From Candidatus Woesebacteria bacterium (GTDB taxonomy: Bacteria > Patescibacteriota > Microgenomatia > UBA12405), in the NCBI GenBank assembly GCA_035402805.1, contig DAONDY010000001.1:84098-148097 (forward strand): a stretch of 64,000 nt of DNA, written 5' to 3'. Every line of letters begins with the position of its first letter. The stretch's first letter is position 1. The notes below the pieces were generated by a model. It had not been told where the DNA came from and made no database searches. It saw nothing but the letters and a program-made list of their open reading frames with translations. Shown one piece after another: positions 59,770-64,000 of the stretch. The position numbers and the translations under genes were made by a program.

Positions 59770-59937
59770 ATGCAAACCATCGATCAACTTACTCAAGATC
59801 TAAAATTAACATCAGAACAATCAAAAGCCATTGAGATCTATATTAATGGACTTTTAATTGAACTTTTGGAAAGTATTAAACAAGACCATATCAAAAATTT
59901 TGAAGAAACTATTGATAATCTTAAAAATAACGTCTAG
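59770..59937 (+). CDS. Small helical hypothetical protein (55 aa, not in ORF track)
   Basis: MQTIDQLTQDLKLTSEQSKAIEIYINGLLIELLESIKQDHIKNFEETIDNLKNNV; TGtTATAAT 7 nt upstream of ATG. Confidence 0.6.
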   Translation: MQTIDQLTQDLKLTSEQSKAIEIYINGLLIELLESIKQDHIKNFEETIDNLKNNV

Positions 59938-60547
59938 ATTCTTTTTCGATTATTGTCTCTTCCCCATGTCCTGGTAAAACTTTTGTGTTTTTTGGTAATT
60001 TCATTAATTTTTTCAAACTTTTAAATATTTCTTCAGTTGATCCATAACTAAAATCAGTTCTGCCTCTCATTCCTAAAAATAAAGTGTCGCCAGAAAAAAG
60101 TAAATTATTCTTTTTAGAATAAAAACAAACACTACCTGGAGTGTGTCCAGGAGTTTTAATTATTTCTATTTTTTCCTTACCTAAGGTAAATTCTTTTATT
60201 TTACCCAAATCAATGTCTATTTTTATAAAGTTTGGCACTTGAATTTCTTTTTTTAAAAAATGTCTAGCGGTTTCATCTTGTCGATCCAAAATAAATTTAT
60301 CTTTACTATTACAGCCAAAATCAACGTTGTAAATCAGTTTTAAATCGAGTGCTCCTAATGAATGGTCAAAATGGCCATGAGTTAAAAAAATATATTTTAC
60401 TTTTATATCTTTAATATTTATTTCTTCACTAATACTGACTCCATCATCAGCTGGATCAATTACTAAACACTCTTTAGTTTCTTCATCCCAAACTAAATAA
60501 CAGTTTGTTTGTAGTTCACCTATTACTATTTTTTCAAAGCTAAGCAT
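59921..60547 (-). CDS. MBL-fold metallo-hydrolase (glyoxalase II-like)
   Basis: THGHFDH, TPGHTPG, SGDTLF, PGHG. Confidence 0.92.
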   Translation of the reverse strand: MLSFEKIVIGELQTNCYLVWDEETKECLVIDPADDGVSISEEINIKDIKVKYIFLTHGHFDHSLGALDLKLIYNVDFGCNSKDKFILDRQDETARHFLKKEIQVPNFIKIDIDLGKIKEFTLGKEKIEIIKTPGHTPGSVCFYSKKNNLLFSGDTLFLGMRGRTDFSYGSTEEIFKSLKKLMKLPKNTKVLPGHGEETIIEKESRRYF

Positions 60548-60580
60548 AAAACTATTTTACCAGGTATAATATAAGCATCT

Positions 60581-61264
60581 ATGTCATCATCAAAGCCTGT
60601 CTCAAAACGCCTATTTATAGGCAGTTTGCCTTACAAGTTTACTGAAGGCGAACTCCTTTCTCTTTTTGTGGCCGAAGGCAAAATTATCTCAGTTCGTATC
60701 ATGCATAATCAGTGGGGTAAAAGTCGTGGCTTAGGTTTTATTGAGTTTGAAAATCTTGATGATGCTATTCGGGCCAAAGAAAAATATCATAATTACATCA
60801 TTGGTGACAGAACCATAATTGTTGATTATGCCCAAGCTGATCCTTTTTTAACAAAAGAAGGCCAAGCTCGCCACGAAGAGGCCCTAAAAAATCATCCTAA
60901 CCGACGTCAACGACCAAATTTTTTGCCTCATCCAGATTCTGACACTAATGAATATCAGCAAAAAAGAAGCTACTTTGATCAAAATTTCACCACGGAAAAT
61001 AAAAAAAATAAAGAATATAAGGGTGGTAAACCAGTCTTTAATTCTGTTGGTAAATCTTTAAACAGAAACACTACCGGTGAATATATTCCTAAATTTTTTC
61101 CAGAATTAAATCCCAATAAAAGGAAATGGAGACCAGCTCCAGGTCAGAAACCAGAGTATAAATCCAGTTCTCCACTCCATGTCCGATCTTCAGTTTTTAA
61201 GTCACGTAATTTTGGATCAAAAGTTGGAGCTAAGTTTGCCTTTAAATCAAAAAAAAATAAATAA
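60581..61264 (+). CDS. RRM protein with long basic low-complexity tail
   Basis: LFIGSL (RNP2), RGLGFIEF (RNP1). Confidence 0.85.
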   Translation: MSSSKPVSKRLFIGSLPYKFTEGELLSLFVAEGKIISVRIMHNQWGKSRGLGFIEFENLDDAIRAKEKYHNYIIGDRTIIVDYAQADPFLTKEGQARHEEALKNHPNRRQRPNFLPHPDSDTNEYQQKRSYFDQNFTTENKKNKEYKGGKPVFNSVGKSLNRNTTGEYIPKFFPELNPNKRKWRPAPGQKPEYKSSSPLHVRSSVFKSRNFGSKVGAKFAFKSKKNK

Positions 61265-61281
61265 TTTAAAAATCGGAAATT

Positions 61282-62337
61282 ATGCCAAATTTTACTATTG
61301 CTCTTTCTCCGATGGATGGTATTACCGACGAAGCTTTTCGTCTTCTTCAGACTAAAATTATCAAGCCTGATTTAATGTTTACTGAATTTGTCAGCGCTGA
61401 AGGCATTAGTCATGGTGGGGTTAAGCTTTATGACACTCTTCTGTTTTCAAATCAAGAACGCCCAATTGTTGGTCAATTATTTGGCAAAGATCCCGACAGT
61501 TTTTATAAATCAGCCATAATTTTATGTGAGTTAGGTTTTGATGGTATTGATATTAATATGGGTTGCCCTGCTAAAACTGTTACTCAAAACGGGAGCGGAG
61601 CTGCTTTAATTGATAAACCAGATTTAGCCGTTGAAATCATAAAAAAGACCAAGCAGGGAATTAATGATTGGTTTTCTTATAAAACCAAAATTTCTGATTT
61701 AAATCTTAATCAAAAAACTTTAGAAGTAATTAAACGTAATCAAAAATATTCAGGATTAAAGATTTCTCCCTTTGTTAAGGGGAGATGTCCCGAAGGGACA
61801 GAGAGGATTCATCCGACCCTATCTGTAAAAACTCGTCTCGGTATCGACAAATCAATAATAGAAACTTGGGCTGATCTTTTATTAACTCAAGAATTAGATT
61901 TTATAACTATCCATGGTCGCACTTTAAAACAAGCTTATGCCGGTACCGCTGATTGGTCTGAAATTAAAAAAGTGGTTGATTTAGCTAAAGGTACTAAAAC
62001 TAAAATTTTTGGTAATGGCGATGTTAGATCAATATCTGAAGGTTTAAAATTTTGTGAAAAATATGGTGTTAATGGTGTTTTAATTGGTCGAGCTGCCTGT
62101 GGTAATCCCTGGTGTTTTCAAGATCACGTCGCTACCCCAGAAGAAAGATTCTCCGCCATGCTTCTTCACGCCCAAATTTTTAAAGAAGTTTTTCCTTATC
62201 GTCGTTTTGACAGTCTTCGTAAAAACTTTTTGTTTTATGCCTCTGGTTTGGTCAATGCCAAACAATTGAGATCAAAGTTAGTTCACCTAAATTCAATTGA
62301 AGACCTTTTGCAACTTGAAGGAGAGTTTTTATCTTGA
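61282..62337 (+). CDS. dus: tRNA-dihydrouridine synthase
   Basis: SPMDG.T, TEFVS, DINMGCP, SVKTRLG, HGRT, GNGDV, IGRA. Confidence 0.93.
   Translation: MPNFTIALSPMDGITDEAFRLLQTKIIKPDLMFTEFVSAEGISHGGVKLYDTLLFSNQERPIVGQLFGKDPDSFYKSAIILCELGFDGIDINMGCPAKTVTQNGSGAALIDKPDLAVEIIKKTKQGINDWFSYKTKISDLNLNQKTLEVIKRNQKYSGLKISPFVKGRCPEGTERIHPTLSVKTRLGIDKSIIETWADLLLTQELDFITIHGRTLKQAYAGTADWSEIKKVVDLAKGTKTKIFGNGDVRSISEGLKFCEKYGVNGVLIGRAACGNPWCFQDHVATPEERFSAMLLHAQIFKEVFPYRRFDSLRKNFLFYASGLVNAKQLRSKLVHLNSIEDLLQLEGEFLS
61762..61808 (+). repeat. GC-rich double-hairpin palindromic (REP-like) element inside dus
   Basis: TCTCCCTTT-GTT-AAGGGGAGA followed by TGTCCC-GAA-GGGACA. Confidence 0.6.
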
Positions 62338-62351
62338 TAAAGTTAAACGGT

Positions 62352-62762
62352 ATGCCAAACGAAAATCAAAACCCAAACCAAGTCGCTAATTTATTAAATA
62401 TCGAATCTCTCATCAATTCCTCAACTGCCAGATTTGAAACTCTCCAAAAAGAATATCAGGAACAAAAATCACAACTCGATTCAATTTTAGATAGTGATGT
62501 CGAATATCAGGAAGTTGCTCAGGAAGCTCAAAAACAAGCTAAATTAAAAACTATCGCCAAACAAAAAGTTTTAACTCGTCCAGAATGCACCCAATTAGTT
62601 GAAAAAATAAAAGATTCCCAAATTCAGATTAAAGAATTAAAAACTGCCATGTCTGATTATTTAGCCCAATTTGTCATCCTTTCTGGTACTAACCAAATTG
62701 AAGGACCAGATGGTGTTCTTCGTCAAATAATCTATACCGCCAAATTAGTTAAAACCAAATAG
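62352..62762 (+). CDS. Coiled-coil hypothetical protein
   Basis: Q/E/K-rich helical ORF; probable start ATG 62352. Confidence 0.7.
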   Translation: MPNENQNPNQVANLLNIESLINSSTARFETLQKEYQEQKSQLDSILDSDVEYQEVAQEAQKQAKLKTIAKQKVLTRPECTQLVEKIKDSQIQIKELKTAMSDYLAQFVILSGTNQIEGPDGVLRQIIYTAKLVKTK

Positions 62763-62777
62763 GTTATAATCAAAACT

Positions 62778-63077
62778 ATGACCAACATAACTAAAGAAAA
62801 TTTTAAAACCGAAGTTTTAGATTCTGAAGGTAAAGTTTTAGTTGATTTTTGGGCTCCATGGTGTGGACCTTGTCAAATGCTTACTCCAATTATGGAAGAA
62901 TTATCTTCCGAATTTAGAGTCGTTAAAGTTAATACCGATGAAGAACAAGAGTTAGCTGTTCAATACAACGTTTCCGCCTTGCCGACAGTCATCGTTTTTG
63001 ACAAAGGTCAAATCGTCGATACTATCATTGGTTTCAGACAGAAAGAAGATTATATTAAAGCCTTAAATAAGGCATAA
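62778..63077 (+). CDS. trxA: Thioredoxin
   Basis: VDFWAPWCGPC. Confidence 0.95.
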   Translation: MTNITKENFKTEVLDSEGKVLVDFWAPWCGPCQMLTPIMEELSSEFRVVKVNTDEEQELAVQYNVSALPTVIVFDKGQIVDTIIGFRQKEDYIKALNKA

Positions 63078-63080
63078 TAA

Positions 63081-64000
63081 ATGGATTTATCTCTTCTTAA
63101 AAAAACATTAGATTCACTCCATCTTCCTTCTTTCCGCTATCGTCAAATAGTTAAAAACTATTATTCAGGGCGTTTTTTGAATTTTAACCAAATGACGGAT
63201 TTACCTCTACCTCTTCGTCAAAAACTTGCCGAAACTTTGCCTCTTTTATCTGTCTCTGAAAAAGCCATAGTTAATAATGATTCAACTCAAAAAGCTTTAT
63301 TAGAGTTATCTGATGGTCAAAAAATCGAATCAGTTTTTATGGATTATGAGGATTGGTTGACTGCTTGTGTTTCCAGTCAGGTTGGTTGTCCTTTAAATTG
63401 CAGTTTTTGTGCCACTGGTAAAATGGGTTTTAAAAGAAATTTAACACCACAAGAAATAGTTGATCAAATTTTATATTGGAATCAAAAACTTTATCCCAAA
63501 TATATTGGTCGGGTTGTTTTTATGGGCATGGGTGAACCATTTTTAAATTGGGATAATGTGATTACAGCCATCAATATTATTAATTCTAAAGATGGATTAA
63601 ATATTGGTGTTCGAAAAATTAGTATTTCTACTGCCGGAGTAGTGGATAAAATTAAGGAATTTACTAATCTTAATACTCAAATCAATTTGGCCATTTCTCT
63701 CCATTCTGCCGACCAAAAGTTTAGGGAAACTATTATGCCAATTGCTAAAAAATATTCTTTATCCGAACTTAAAAATGCTTGTAATTATTATGTTGGTAAA
63801 ACTAATCGTCAATTATTTTTTGAATATGCCTTAATGGATAAAAATACCAGTCCAAAAGATGCCCAAGATTTGGCAAATTTTATTCATTCCAATAGACTTT
63901 TTTTTCTAAATTTAATTCCTTTAAATAAAGTTGACGGTGGAATGACGCCGGCTGCTAAAGACCAACAAAAAATTTTTATGAACTATTTATCTCAACTAGG
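63081..64000 (+). CDS. rlmN: Radical SAM rRNA methyltransferase RlmN (3'-truncated by the window, not in ORF track)
   Basis: Manual translation: CVSSQVGCPLNCSFCATG, VFMGMGEP, ISTAG, LAISLH. Confidence 0.9.
   Translation, partial: MDLSLLKKTLDSLHLPSFRYRQIVKNYYSGRFLNFNQMTDLPLPLRQKLAETLPLLSVSEKAIVNNDSTQKALLELSDGQKIESVFMDYEDWLTACVSSQVGCPLNCSFCATGKMGFKRNLTPQEIVDQILYWNQKLYPKYIGRVVFMGMGEPFLNWDNVITAINIINSKDGLNIGVRKISISTAGVVDKIKEFTNLNTQINLAISLHSADQKFRETIMPIAKKYSLSELKNACNYYVGKTNRQLFFEYALMDKNTSPKDAQDLANFIHSNRLFFLNLIPLNKVDGGMTPAAKDQQKIFMNYLSQL

Noticed and set aside
7603-62269. Many 60-120 aa alternative-frame or antisense ORFs overlapping conserved genes
   Set aside because: Shadows of well-supported genes with no motifs or expression signals

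Overview
AT-rich bacterial chromosome segment using the standard code (genes end in TAA, TAG and TGA). It looks like a CPR/Patescibacteria genome, probably Microgenomates; this is inferred from the missing uL30 between rpsE and rplO, compact housekeeping content, Pro/Thr-rich surface proteins and a very short RNase P RNA. It contains rfbBCD, fusA, tuf plus the S10-spc-alpha-rplM/rpsI cluster, recA-recX-rny-HU-ychF, miaA, rnpB, secDF, cca, recJ, aspS, gltX, a TasA/SipW-type operon, trmD, rfbA, an Erm-like methyltransferase, dus, trxA, a partial rlmN and two tRNAs. I saw no CRISPR array, integrase or transposase. The main unexplained signal is a recurring cassette at ~686-1707(-), ~8315-8968(+) and ~25192-25755(-), with an ORF-less relative at ~59268-59637(+). 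The three ORF-bearing copies share a consensus sigma70 promoter, a 5' hairpin, a boxA-like motif, a long-range inverted repeat clamping an unrelated Shine-Dalgarno-led ORF, and a long terminal hairpin. This stands out because many native genes here appear leaderless. Other items: an in-frame TAG splitting the Nudix gene of one cassette, an unannotated CC1/Cren7/DUF5679-like small basic protein, a palindromic element in frame within dus, and an EF-Tu with a non-canonical switch I.
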